This document shows, piece by piece, positions 19,907-30,193 of a DNA stretch of 64,000 bases; position 1 is the first letter of the stretch, and each line of letters begins with the position of its first letter. The notes below the pieces were generated by a model. That model made no database searches and was not told the origin of the DNA. It worked only from the letters and a program-made list of their open reading frames with translations. Made by a program: the position numbers and the translations under genes. The stretch is from assembly GCA_027036135.1 (NCBI GenBank), contig JALVSY010000016.1, positions 416,001 through 480,000 on the forward strand, given 5' to 3'. The DNA is from Pyrodictiaceae archaeon (GTDB lineage Archaea > Thermoproteota > Thermoprotei_A > Sulfolobales > Pyrodictiaceae).

Positions 19907-21070
19907 CTAAAACGTCTTCCCTTTGCTTAGTCTCCCTCTAGAGGCCTGGCTGTGTAGGCTCCAGACACCGTATTGTGAGATGAGGTAGTTGGCTAGGAAG
20001 CCCACAACTATCCCTGTGAACCCGGCTAGTAGGTAGTTGACCCCTAGCTTTGTGAGCCCAATACCTATTACCAGGTAGCTCGTCATCGAGCCTAGTGCTG
20101 CCCCATGGTACCTAGCCCAGTAGCGAAGCCAGCCCCTTAGGCCCGGCTCTCTCCGCTTTCCCCGAAAGGTCCAGCGGTCGTGGAGAAAGAAGTTCCAAGT
20201 CAAACTAGTCTCGAACGCGGCTGGGAATGCGGCGTAATCTGTTATGCCGAGCACGCCCTTGAGTAGCCAGAGAACAGCTAGGTTCACAATAGTACCTGTA
20301 GCCCCCACGGTGACGAATTTCAAGGCGCGGTACTCGCCTAGCCTCAGAAGATCAAAGACATAGTCAAGCATAGCCCTGGGGCCTAGCTTGCTCTCGCCGC
20401 TATGCCTTTGCTCAAAGACGTAAGGCACCTCGGAGACCCTTGCACCCGGGGCCTTGGCGAGAATCTCTAAGAGAACCTTCCAGCTCCTTCCCTCGAGCCA
20501 TAGCCTCTTAACAAGGCTCCGCCTTACTAGGAAGAAACCACTCATGGGGTCACTTGTCCGCCGGGACTCAGCTAGCAAGACGTAGGCTAGGAGGCTTGCT
20601 ATACGTGAGATGAGCAACCTTATGCGGCTCCACCCTTTAACGCCTCCCCCCCTTGTATATCTCGAGGCAACGACGACGTCGGCCCCGCTCCTCAAAGCCT
20701 CCTCATATAGCCTGGGAACAACCTCGGGCGGATGCTGGAGATCAGCATCCATGATAACGATGAATTCTCCCCGGGCCTCGCGGAGTCCTCTAACAATAGC
20801 AGTGCCTAGTCCTCTCTCGCCTATTCTGCGAATAACACGGATAGGATACCCCTTCCTAGCTAGCTCTTGTGCTACTCTCCAAGTACCGTCGGGGCTATCA
20901 TCGTCAACAACTACTATCTCGTAGCTTATCCCCCTAAGAACCCTCGCTAGCCGATCAATGAGCAACTTTATGTTCTCTGCCTCGTTAAACGTAGGAACAA
21001 CGATGGATAATGTTACCGAGTTGCTCTTGACCTCGGTAGCCTGGCGGCTCCCCTTATCCTCGCTTTTCAT
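19907..21070 (-). CDS. Polyprenol-phosphate mannose synthase-like GT2 with C-terminal GtrA domain
   Basis: VVPTFNEAENI, VDDDSPDGT, MDADLQHPP, DPMSGFF, GESKL motifs; four-helix GtrA-like tail (KFVTVGATGTIVN, NFFLHDRWTF). Confidence 0.9.
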   Translation of the reverse strand: MKSEDKGSRQATEVKSNSVTLSIVVPTFNEAENIKLLIDRLARVLRGISYEIVVVDDDSPDGTWRVAQELARKGYPIRVIRRIGERGLGTAIVRGLREARGEFIVIMDADLQHPPEVVPRLYEEALRSGADVVVASRYTRGGGVKGWSRIRLLISRIASLLAYVLLAESRRTSDPMSGFFLVRRSLVKRLWLEGRSWKVLLEILAKAPGARVSEVPYVFEQRHSGESKLGPRAMLDYVFDLLRLGEYRALKFVTVGATGTIVNLAVLWLLKGVLGITDYAAFPAAFETSLTWNFFLHDRWTFRGKRREPGLRGWLRYWARYHGAALGSMTSYLVIGIGLTKLGVNYLLAGFTGIVVGFLANYLISQYGVWSLHSQASRGRLSKGKTF

Positions 21071-21088
21071 TTCATCTGCTCCTCGGCA

Positions 21089-22503
21089 CTACCTCTCGGC
21101 TCCATGCCTGGCATAGAGCAGTGAGTTAGCAAAAAGCCTTACAAGGCTAATAGCCTCCTCTCGGCGAAGAATGGATAGCGTGTATAGCTGCAGCACTGAT
21201 AGTGGCGGCAATGAACCCTGCTAGTAACTCGGCTAGAGGACCTAGGCCCAAGAGATAGGTAGGGGCGAAGAGGAGCTGCAAGCCCCACGTAGCAAGGATT
21301 ACCCTTGAGCCGGTGCCTAGTATGCGCAGAGCAAGAGCAGCGCAGCTAAGTTGGCTAGGAGAAACGCTAAGGCAGCACCGTTTAGCCCGAGAGGCCTAGC
21401 TAAGACAATTATCGCGGAGACCAGCACTGCTAGGCGAATGGCTCCTATAACTACTAGTCCTCTTTCATCCCTACGCTTATTAAGAATATTGACAGCAGCC
21501 TGGATAGCGACAAAAGGGACGATACTCAGAGGCATTACTAGGAACGCCGTACCTGCTAGGCCTGCTAGCTCGGGCTTTACCAGCCTAAGGGTAAACCGGG
21601 GAGCCACCACGAAGAACACAACAATAGGTGTTGACAAGCCAAGACCTATGCGTAACTGATCCTCTATCACGGCTTCCTTCCCGCTCTCAACGCTTATGGG
21701 CAAAGCAGCGGTCATTAACGCATTGGGTATCATTGAGAGAGCTAAGACAGCCATTAGGCTTATGTAGAGGGCCCCGGTGTTCACTGGCTTCCCGACTATT
21801 AGCGCGAACAAGTATATGCTAAGGACGCTCATAAGCTGCAACGAGACAGCTTGTGGATAATTAGAAGCAGTTAGGCCAAGTACTCTCTTCACATACCTTA
21901 CCGCCTTTGCAAGAGAGGCCTTCCTTCCCAGCCTAAGTAGCACGGTTGCGGCGAGGGCGAGCAAGACAAGGGGATAAGCAATGTACCCTGCAAGGGCTGC
22001 TGCTAGGCCGTAGCCCAGCACTGCGAGTAGTGTTCCTAGGAAGAGCTTTGTGAGAGAACCAGTGAGCAATGCACGGAAGTACGTGTTGAACTTCTCGAGG
22101 CCCACGAGGCCCTGGATTAGGGCATAGACGACAAGCTGAGAAAGGCCAGGAGAAACGAGAAGAACGAGTACCCCTGGTAGCCGAGCAAGGAGGCAAGCCC
22201 AGTAGCGAGTCCTCCAGCAAGCACGGCTAATCCAAAGCCAGCAATTGCGGCGGCCACGTAGCCGTCTTCTCGGAGTTCTGCTACCTCGCGAATAACTGCT
22301 AGCGGTAGCCCAGCCGATACCAGCGTGGTAGCGAGCATGGCGGCACTTATGATCTCCGATGCCTCGCCCAGGTTACGTAGCCCTATTAGCCGGGGCATAA
22401 TGAGCCAGAAGAGTAGCCCGGTAAGAGATACGCTGAGGTTTCCCAGCACTATCCAGGAGCCACCAACAAACGCCTTTACAGATTCCCTGCTTAACTCGCT
22501 CAC
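21089..22503 (-). pseudogene. Oligosaccharide flippase / polysaccharide-biosynthesis membrane protein with several frameshifts
   Basis: MOP-flippase-like hydrophobic helices over successive frames; shifts near ~22135, ~21340 and ~21175. Confidence 0.65.
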
Positions 22504-22674
22504 ATCGAGACACCCGCTGATCAGAGAGCCCTACTGGTCAAGAGCTGTTGGGGCAGCAGGCCACTTGTCTCAGCGACACAGCTTGGTTTGAAGAGAAAGA
22601 ATAGTTTTCTCCCAGCATAGACCCAGAGGCTTGTGGAGCAGTAGTAGATGAACCTAATGGGAGGCACAGTAATT

Positions 22675-23778
22675 ATGCCTAGTCTCCGCTGCACTAAGTG
22701 CGGCCACGAATTCTCCCTGGACGATGCCAGGCTCATAGTGCCTCGTTGTCCTCGCTGCGGTGAAGTACTAGAGATAATCGGTGAGGAGCCTGTTTGGAGG
22801 CCCCGGGGCTCCGGGCTTGCTCGCTACTCCTCCATGCTCGTAATTAAGCCCGTGATGTACCGCGGCGAGGGAGGAACACAGCTCGTAGTTGAGGAGTACC
22901 GGGGTCTACGCCTATGGTTCAAGCTCGAGTACACGAACCCATCTGGTAGCTTCAAGGACCGCGGCTCCGCCCTAGCGCTTTCACACGCATCTATGCTCGG
23001 GGTTAGCTGCGTTGTCGAGGACTCCTCGGGTAATGCAGGACTAGCGGTTGCTAGGACAGCCCGCATCAGCGGAATGGAGGCCCTAATCGTTGTCCCCAGG
23101 GATGCGCCGGAGGGCAAGAAGCGCGCCATAAGGCTCCTCGGCGCAGGGCTCGTGGAGGCCGAGACGCGTGCTGCCGCAGCTTCTCTAGCCTCTAAGCTGG
23201 CTAGGGAGAAGAACTGCTACTATGTATATCACCTGGGCAACCCGTTCTTCATCCAGGGTCTCGAGACAATAGCCTACGAGGTCTATGAGCAGGAAGGTGT
23301 GCCAGACGCTGTTATAGCTCCATTTGGCTCCGGTGGTCTCTTCCTCGGCATAGCCCGGGGCTTTGAGAAGCTAAGAAGCCTGGGACTAGCGAGGAAACAG
23401 CCAGTAATGATAGCTGTCCAGGGCGTTGAGGTCCACCCCTTATATGATGCTGTTCATGGCTCAGTAGTGGCTAGTGGCTCCTCGCAGCTAGCTGACGGGA
23501 TACGTGTCCCCGATCCACCGCTGCTTAGCCAAGGAGCCAGGGTTGTCAAGGAATCTAGGGGCAGAGTAATCCTGGTGAACGATGAGGAGATTACTAGGGC
23601 GCTTCAAGGGCTCGTGGATAGGGGCTTCATAGTGGAGCCTACATCAGCTTCTGCGTTAGCAGCCCTAGACAAGATTATTGATGAGCTAAGAGAGAATGGT
23701 GTCCGCGACGTCTTGTTACCGTTGACTGGTAGCGGTCTCAAGGTTCTCGACGAGCTCGTAAAGCTTCTTGGAGCCTAG
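22675..23778 (+). CDS. PLP-dependent threonine-synthase-like enzyme
   Basis: N-terminal CxxC...CxxC, GEGGT, KLEYTNPSGSFKDRG, SSGNAG, VEPTSA, LTGSGLK. Confidence 0.85.
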   Translation: MPSLRCTKCGHEFSLDDARLIVPRCPRCGEVLEIIGEEPVWRPRGSGLARYSSMLVIKPVMYRGEGGTQLVVEEYRGLRLWFKLEYTNPSGSFKDRGSALALSHASMLGVSCVVEDSSGNAGLAVARTARISGMEALIVVPRDAPEGKKRAIRLLGAGLVEAETRAAAASLASKLAREKNCYYVYHLGNPFFIQGLETIAYEVYEQEGVPDAVIAPFGSGGLFLGIARGFEKLRSLGLARKQPVMIAVQGVEVHPLYDAVHGSVVASGSSQLADGIRVPDPPLLSQGARVVKESRGRVILVNDEEITRALQGLVDRGFIVEPTSASALAALDKIIDELRENGVRDVLLPLTGSGLKVLDELVKLLGA

Positions 23779-25123
23779 CCTCCCTTTCCCAGGCCTCCTC
23801 GACTGCTAGGGGGTCGTAGAGCCAGGCCAGGAACGCTACGCCTATGAGGCCGAGTGCCGCCGAGAGCAAGAACACTATCTCTACCCCGGGTAACCCAGCG
23901 ACTTGCTTGCCGTAGAGATACTTGTAGAGAGGCCCACCTATCAGCGGCCCAGCAACCATCCCAGCATTAAAGAATGCTTGTTGTAGGCCGAACACCCTGC
24001 CACGTAGACGAGCAGGCACTAGCTCAGCTTGAATAGCTCTCAGCAAGGGTATAGAGATATTCATAGCAATGTTGAGCACAGCGGCTATTGCTACGAACTC
24101 CCAGTAGCCCCTAACAAGCCCCATTACTGCTAGGAAGAACCTCGCAACAAGATAGACTAGAACGAGGACCCGCTTACGCGCCACAGCATTAAGCCTATCA
24201 GCTATATGGGCAGCAGGGTATGAGACCACTAAGCCAGCTGTACCAGCAATAAGCATTATGGATGCAACCCTAGTCGGCGTCTTAGCTATGAAGTCCAATA
24301 CGTAGACAAGTACTATGCTCGACATTATGCCCACGGCTATGCCGTTCATCAAGCCATTGATGTAGAAGGCTAAGAGGCCCCGCTTAACCGCCAACGGTAA
24401 CTGGAGCAAGCCTCCATGAAATCTCGTCTTACCGCGATGTTCAGCCTCTCTACTCTCCCCGAGCGTCTCCTTGACGAGGAAGGCTAGGAAGACGCCTGGA
24501 AGAGTCGCAGCAGTTATTATTATGAAGGGCATCCGGAGCACAGCGAGCACGCCTTCACTCGCATAGAGCCTCTTGCTTACCTCGTACGCGGCCCCGCCAA
24601 TCACGGGGCCAACGATGTTACCGACATTGCTAGCTATAACGTATAGGCTTAGGGCCCGTGTCCGGAACTCTGGCCTAACACTCTCAACTATGAGGGTCTC
24701 AGCAACAGGCCATACTAGGGCAGAAGCAACGCCCTGCACGGCTCTGAGAACTATTAGTTGCCAAACACTAGTCGTCAACGCGTAGAGGATGCCGAGTACA
24801 GCGTAGAGAATCATCCCGGAAACAATCATTGCCTTCCGGCCTAGGCGGTCACTAATCCACCCCGAGACGGCTGCTAGAACAGCCCTTGTCCCCATGAAAG
24901 CCGATACAAGGACACCTATCTCCACGGCAGCGCGATAGGCGTGGAGCGAGCCAACATGCTCAGGTAGTTGTCGCAGCACGCCCTTGAGCGCAAGGATGTA
25001 GTAGGGCACGATGAGGTTAGCGGCGCTGAACCCTAACGGTATGAGAAACGATATTATCACTAAGGCCACTAGGTTGACCCTATATATGGTGGCTCCTCGT
25101 AGCCCCTGTCTCGTTCCCGGCAT
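23738..25123 (-). CDS. MFS transporter
   Basis: GWISDRLGRK motif A, RAVQG, about 12 hydrophobic segments; start at MPGTRQ preferred. Confidence 0.88.
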   Translation of the reverse strand: MPGTRQGLRGATIYRVNLVALVIISFLIPLGFSAANLIVPYYILALKGVLRQLPEHVGSLHAYRAAVEIGVLVSAFMGTRAVLAAVSGWISDRLGRKAMIVSGMILYAVLGILYALTTSVWQLIVLRAVQGVASALVWPVAETLIVESVRPEFRTRALSLYVIASNVGNIVGPVIGGAAYEVSKRLYASEGVLAVLRMPFIIITAATLPGVFLAFLVKETLGESREAEHRGKTRFHGGLLQLPLAVKRGLLAFYINGLMNGIAVGIMSSIVLVYVLDFIAKTPTRVASIMLIAGTAGLVVSYPAAHIADRLNAVARKRVLVLVYLVARFFLAVMGLVRGYWEFVAIAAVLNIAMNISIPLLRAIQAELVPARLRGRVFGLQQAFFNAGMVAGPLIGGPLYKYLYGKQVAGLPGVEIVFLLSAALGLIGVAFLAWLYDPLAVEEAWEREARLQEALRARREP

Positions 25124-25260
25124 AGCCTCGCCTGCCTCTAGTTCGCCAGCCGATGTATCGGCTCTAGATATAAGCTCCTGGTTATTAGGTTTACCCAGAA
25201 AGCAACAACACAACCCATACAAGCCACAGTATTATCTAAAATACCCCGAGGAGTCCTGCC

Positions 25261-25731
25261 ATGAGCCTCCTTAAGCCCCTTAGCCCGGCACGAGTCTTCT
25301 TCGCAAAGCTAGGGAGGGGAGCCAAGCTACCAGACGCTATAACAGAACTAGCGCTCGAAACAAGGTCAGAGTTCTTAATGGTTACGGCTATAGGTGGGTT
25401 CGCGAGAGCAAGACTAGCAGTATACGAGCAGACAACAACTACATACCACTACGTCAATGCAGAGCCTCTAGAGAACCATGTACTAGAGGTAATCACACTA
25501 AATGGTAATATAGTCTGCAAGAACAATGAGTGTAAACCACACCTACACGCAATAGTCGCGAGGAAGCCAGGCGAGCCACTAGCAGGGCACTTAGTAGAGG
25601 CCGAGGTTAATCCATTCCTAGAAGTCTTCTTCATAGACCCAGCGATACCGGGGAATGAGGCAGTAGAGGCACTTAGGCATAGATTCGAGCTAAGAACTAG
25701 TATAAAGCCCCTAGAGACAAGCGTAGAGTAA
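25261..25731 (+). CDS. PPC/DUF296-domain protein
   Basis: AIGG, EVITLNGN, PHLH, LAGHL, LEVF motifs. Confidence 0.8.
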   Translation: MSLLKPLSPARVFFAKLGRGAKLPDAITELALETRSEFLMVTAIGGFARARLAVYEQTTTTYHYVNAEPLENHVLEVITLNGNIVCKNNECKPHLHAIVARKPGEPLAGHLVEAEVNPFLEVFFIDPAIPGNEAVEALRHRFELRTSIKPLETSVE

Positions 25732-25777
25732 AAATATTGAAATAAGGCTAGGCTATGTATTCTTTGTCCTATATGCC

Positions 25778-27232
25778 TTAGCCTTTTGTTACAGCTATTG
25801 GTCTTAGCCTTACTACTATCTTTGCTATGCCCACTTTCTGGGCAACGAACGCCACTCTGTCAACATCCTTGTATGCCTCCGGCATCTCTTCAACAACTGT
25901 TGCTCTATCACTCGCCCTTATCAGTATGCCCTTGGCCTCTAGCTCCCTTACTACTTGTGAGTATGTTTTCGTCCTCTTTGCTGCTGCTCTGCTCATCCAC
26001 CTACCGGCTCCATGCGGTGCAGTGTACCATGCCCTGGCTCCGCTTGGGACGCCTACGAGTATGTAGCTTGCTGTACCCATGCTACCCGGTATTAGGACTG
26101 GTTGGCCTATTGACTGGTAGTCCTTGGGCATCTCTGGGTGCCCTGGCGGGAACGCCCTTGTCGCTCCCTTGCGGTGCACTATTAGCTTCATCCTCTTGCC
26201 GTCAACGTCGTGCTCCTCTATCTTGGCGATGTTGTGGGCAACGTCGTAGACTAGTCTCATGCCTAGCTGGTCTGGGTCGCGGTGGAAGACCTTCTTGAAG
26301 CTCTCCCTTGTCCAGTAGGTTATGAGCTGCCTATTCGTCCAGGCAAAGTTGGCGGCGGCAGCCATTGCTCGTATGTAGTCTTGTGCCTCCCTACTACTAT
26401 AGGGCACGCTTGCGAGTTCTCTGTCTGGAGGCCTTATGCCATACTTCCTCATGGCGCGCTCCATTATCATGAGGTAGTCGCTAGCTACTTGGTGGCCGAG
26501 TCCACGGCTACCAGTATGGATCATTACCGTTACCTGGCCCTCGTGGGTAATGCCCATGGCCTTGGCTATAGCCGGGTCATATATCTTGTCAACAACCTGT
26601 ACCTCGAGGAAGTGGTTACCGCTGCCCAGGGTGCCTAGCTGTGCAGCTCCTCGCTGCTTAGCCCTCCTGCTGACCTTGCTGGCATCTGCTAGCTTCCAGC
26701 TCCCCTTCTCCTCTATGTGCTCTGGGTCCTCTGGCCACGCATAGCCCTTCTCAACGGCCCAGTCAACTCCCTCGTTTAGTACGCGGTCAAGCTCCTGGAT
26801 ACTCACCCTAACCTTGCCGGTGCTGCCGAGCCCGCTTGGCACGTTCCGGAACAACTCGTCTATTAGCTCGCGTAGCTTCGGCTTAACATCCTTTATGTCT
26901 AGATCGGTGCGGATAACCCTGACACCACAGTTAATATCGTAGCCCACGCCGCCAGGGCTAATGACGCCATCCTCGTCTATGCTCATTGCAGCTACTCCGC
27001 CAATAGGGAACCCATAGCCCTGATGCCCGTCGGGCATAACGATGCTATACTTCTGGATACCATGGAGGCAAGCAACATTGGCTGCTTGTACGAGCGTTAG
27101 ATCACCTTTCATCTTCTCGAGGAGGAACTCGTCAGCGAATATTATGGCTGGTACCCTCATACAGCCCTTGGCTCCCTTAGGTATCATCCACTCATAGTCA
27201 CTTATCTTCTCGAGACGAATATTGACTACCAT
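25778..27232 (-). CDS. rtcB: RNA-splicing ligase RtcB
   Basis: MPDGHQGYGFPIGG, GVGYDINCG, GTLGSGNHF, HTGSRG, VHRKGAT, PGSMG, HGAGR; no intein evident. Confidence 0.96.
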   Translation of the reverse strand: MVVNIRLEKISDYEWMIPKGAKGCMRVPAIIFADEFLLEKMKGDLTLVQAANVACLHGIQKYSIVMPDGHQGYGFPIGGVAAMSIDEDGVISPGGVGYDINCGVRVIRTDLDIKDVKPKLRELIDELFRNVPSGLGSTGKVRVSIQELDRVLNEGVDWAVEKGYAWPEDPEHIEEKGSWKLADASKVSRRAKQRGAAQLGTLGSGNHFLEVQVVDKIYDPAIAKAMGITHEGQVTVMIHTGSRGLGHQVASDYLMIMERAMRKYGIRPPDRELASVPYSSREAQDYIRAMAAAANFAWTNRQLITYWTRESFKKVFHRDPDQLGMRLVYDVAHNIAKIEEHDVDGKRMKLIVHRKGATRAFPPGHPEMPKDYQSIGQPVLIPGSMGTASYILVGVPSGARAWYTAPHGAGRWMSRAAAKRTKTYSQVVRELEAKGILIRASDRATVVEEMPEAYKDVDRVAFVAQKVGIAKIVVRLRPIAVTKG

Positions 27233-27320
27233 TTAGCGGTCACCCGCCCCACTTGCTTCTCCGAAAACTTTTCTCCTAAGATATAGGCTACGATGCCCAG
27301 GGCCCGTTATAAGCGTGTGT

Positions 27321-27902
27321 TTAACTCCCCCGCTTCTTGACGACATAGAGCCCGTTATTCGTGGTAAAGGCTCTACCAGCACTATGCATTGCTATCCTCG
27401 CTCTACGTATCTCCCAGCCATAGTGCGTATTGAACAATGACTCATCAACATAGGCAGTAACTACATCAGCTACTACCAGGTAAACATCTTCGGCTAGATC
27501 ATCCAACAACCTGTGTACCTTAGCTTCTACTATCCCTATTGGCCGCGGCCTACTAAGCCTAGGAGCCCCGGTAACCGTGTCCCGGGAGACCTCTGCGCCG
27601 AGGACACTAAGCTTATTCACTCTGCGCCCACTAGTAGTCCCAGCACCATAGATGAAATCAACGTTCTCAACACCCAGGACATTAACCGTGAAGATGCCCG
27701 AGGCCTTGATGAGTTCGGTTGTATAGGCCTCCTTCTCGAGCGCAGCCACGATCCTCGGAGGCTCCTCGCTAAAGGGCATAACCCAGGAAGCAGCCATAAA
27801 GTTCACTCTCCCAGCGTGCTCGGCGAGGACGATGTACACTGGGCGTGGATGGAGAACATAGTACCACTTCTCACCCGTGTCTATGTAGCCGCGAGGCGCC
27901 AA
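27321..27902 (-). CDS. Flavin reductase-like FMN-binding protein
   Basis: YYVLHPRPV, NFMAASW, FTVNV, GTTSGRRVNK; start TTG ~27902 inferred. Confidence 0.8.
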   Translation of the reverse strand: MAPRGYIDTGEKWYYVLHPRPVYIVLAEHAGRVNFMAASWVMPFSEEPPRIVAALEKEAYTTELIKASGIFTVNVLGVENVDFIYGAGTTSGRRVNKLSVLGAEVSRDTVTGAPRLSRPRPIGIVEAKVHRLLDDLAEDVYLVVADVVTAYVDESLFNTHYGWEIRRARIAMHSAGRAFTTNNGLYVVKKRGS

Positions 27903-27970
27903 GGCCCTTGCACCCTTCTTAATCACTATTAAGTAGAACCGGTCGCGCCTAAAATAGCGAGGCAGCAGGG

Positions 27971-28246
27971 ATGGGGAGGCGGAGAGGAGCCATACACGAG
28001 GCAGTCGCGGGTTACTTCCACAGAGGAACAAGAGGCTACGTAGTAATAGCCGAGAGGGGAACAACCTCCGGCACTAAGAGGATAAGCTTCAAGGAAATCG
28101 AGAGAGTCGCTGCTGATAGAATAATACTCGTAAACGGGACCGTGATCCCTCTTCACAGAGTACTCTACATAGTTGACGAGAAAGGCAATATTCTCTGGAG
28201 CCGGTATAGCAGAGAGGGACAAGCAAGTGGCGAGGAGAAAGCGTAA
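27971..28246 (+). CDS. DUF504/MJ1316-like RNA-repair-associated domain protein
   Basis: IPLHRV..I...G.ILW.R signature. Confidence 0.7.
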   Translation: MGRRRGAIHEAVAGYFHRGTRGYVVIAERGTTSGTKRISFKEIERVAADRIILVNGTVIPLHRVLYIVDEKGNILWSRYSREGQASGEEKA

Positions 28247-28559
28247 AGCTAGGCGGAGAGCAGCGAAGAAGCCCTCTCGGCGAAGAGTAATCATTGAGAA
28301 CCTATACAAGGCGGGCCAGTTCTTCGCAGCAGTATTCATAGTACTCCTAGTAGTAGCAGCGATAGCGCTGGCCAAGGGCGATGAGCGAGACGCTAACCAG
28401 GCAGCCGAGTACGCCTACTACTCCCTGGTCATAAGCGTTGTACTCCTCTTAGCGGCTACAGCTTTAGAGGAGAGAAAGGAGGAGAGCACAGTGGAGGACA
28501 GGGAGGGTAGGAGGAGAACAGTTGCCGAGACACAGAAGACCAGGCAAAGAGAGGCCTAG
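28227..28559 (+). CDS. Hypothetical two-helix membrane protein
   Basis: Basic N-terminus, two hydrophobic helices (..AAEYAYYSLV..); overlaps both neighbours as in an operon. Confidence 0.6.
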   Translation: MARRKRKARRRAAKKPSRRRVIIENLYKAGQFFAAVFIVLLVVAAIALAKGDERDANQAAEYAYYSLVISVVLLLAATALEERKEESTVEDREGRRRTVAETQKTRQREA

Positions 28560-30126
28560 AAGCGAGCTAGGCCCCGTAGAAGCGCTCCTCGTCGGCCTAG
28601 GTATTGGCGCGGGTTTCTCCGCGATAACGGCCTACCTGGGAGCAATACCTCTACCGGGTAGACCTGTTAGGCAAGAGCCATTTATGCATGTGGAGCCGCT
28701 TCTCCAGGTATTGGTGCTTATTCTCGGGGCCCAGGCCTCAGCCATAGCTATGCGCAGGGTGGGGAAGCTCTTCGGCGCCATAGTCCTCGGCTTATATTCT
28801 CTCGTATTGCTTCACCAGTGGTGGGCTCCTTTTCTCTCATCAATTATCCTCCTCCTCGCCTTCCCGGAGCAATTGCTAGGGCTCGGTGCATCAGCCTCTC
28901 TTCTCTCCGCCGTTCTTCTCGTGCTCAGACCACTTAGCATCGATGCCGCGCTTGCCGGCTCAGCAATAGGCTTTGGAGAAATAATTGCGGGCCTAGTCCT
29001 CGGGGTTGTTTTGGCTGCTCTGGTAGTGCTTGTTCCTCCTCGTAGACAGAGCTTTCCGGGAGGCGAGAAAGCGACTAGGAGCACAATAGGTCTGGGCCTC
29101 CTACTCGTATCGATTGTGTTGGGCTTGTTAGCTATCCTGGTTCCTCACATAAGGTATGGCTTCGATAAAATAATCTCCTATGATACATACTATAACATGA
29201 GGTTCTGTAATTTTTATCGCCAAGGCGAGTACATGAAGGCTTTCTTCTCCTGGCAACGCCCCCTCTACGTATTGGCAGTAACTGTTCCCGCTGCGCTGAC
29301 CGGGTGCAAGCCATGGTTCTTTGATGTACTGGTGCCGCTACTAGGCTTCACGCTCCTAGCAACCATCTCTTGGGTACTCGTCCTCAAGGAAACAGGGTCA
29401 GCGCTCCTGGCCGGGCTAGGCTCCATGCTAGCCCTGGGTTACTGGGCTCCATTCTTCCTCTATGCCGGGCTGCAGACAAACCTTCTTGGGCTCCCTGCTG
29501 CGCTCCTACTAGCCTACTACCTACTGGACCAGCGCAAGAGCCTCTACGTCGCGGCCACCTTGTCGCTATTCCTCGGGCTTTGGCACCCATGGACGCTCGC
29601 CTACTATACTCTCGCCGCAGCGCTAATGATAACTATACAGAGAAGAAACGTGGCCAAGCTAGCCAAGAGAACGGTTTACATCCTCGTCCCTGGTTGGATG
29701 GTCTATAGCGTTGTTGCCCTCATAGCTGGCCGCTCAGGGGTAGTAGGTGTTGCACGTGGAGGTGTCTCGAACTCGATGCCGTTCCTATGGAGCCTTAAGA
29801 TCTATGTATGGGGAGTAATGATGCGTCCTGAAGTAGTCTTGCTAGTGGTGTTGTCGCTAGCATCGCTATACTTGGTAAAGCGCGGCACAAGCCTCCCTAC
29901 ATGGCTCCTCGGCGCCTCCATACTGGGGTTCCTTGGAGCCCTCTTGCCCAACACTAAGCTTCTTGTAAGATTCCTCGTGGATGCACCCCTACCCCTCCTA
30001 TTATCGGTTCTAGGGCTTCGGGGCCGACGAGAGCTACAAGCAGTTGTTATAGCGACAGCTGCTTCAACGCTGATGCTCTTGTACTTTGTTATGAGTATCC
30101 GCCCCGTCATAAAGTTCCTGCATTAG
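28522..30126 (+). CDS. Polytopic membrane protein, possible GT-C-fold glycosyltransferase
   Basis: More than 12 TM segments; extracytoplasmic loop with SYDTYY and RPLY; HPWT. Confidence 0.55.
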   Translation: MPRHRRPGKERPRSELGPVEALLVGLGIGAGFSAITAYLGAIPLPGRPVRQEPFMHVEPLLQVLVLILGAQASAIAMRRVGKLFGAIVLGLYSLVLLHQWWAPFLSSIILLLAFPEQLLGLGASASLLSAVLLVLRPLSIDAALAGSAIGFGEIIAGLVLGVVLAALVVLVPPRRQSFPGGEKATRSTIGLGLLLVSIVLGLLAILVPHIRYGFDKIISYDTYYNMRFCNFYRQGEYMKAFFSWQRPLYVLAVTVPAALTGCKPWFFDVLVPLLGFTLLATISWVLVLKETGSALLAGLGSMLALGYWAPFFLYAGLQTNLLGLPAALLLAYYLLDQRKSLYVAATLSLFLGLWHPWTLAYYTLAAALMITIQRRNVAKLAKRTVYILVPGWMVYSVVALIAGRSGVVGVARGGVSNSMPFLWSLKIYVWGVMMRPEVVLLVVLSLASLYLVKRGTSLPTWLLGASILGFLGALLPNTKLLVRFLVDAPLPLLLSVLGLRGRRELQAVVIATAASTLMLLYFVMSIRPVIKFLH

Positions 30127-30193
30127 TCTCCCCAGGGGTGAGTGGAAGGCATAATTAGTTGCATCTAGCTAGAGCCTAACGGGTATTAGCTCG

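Noticed and set aside
25778-27232. Intein in RtcB
   Set aside because: 484 aa is the normal intein-free length, and no intein motifs were seen
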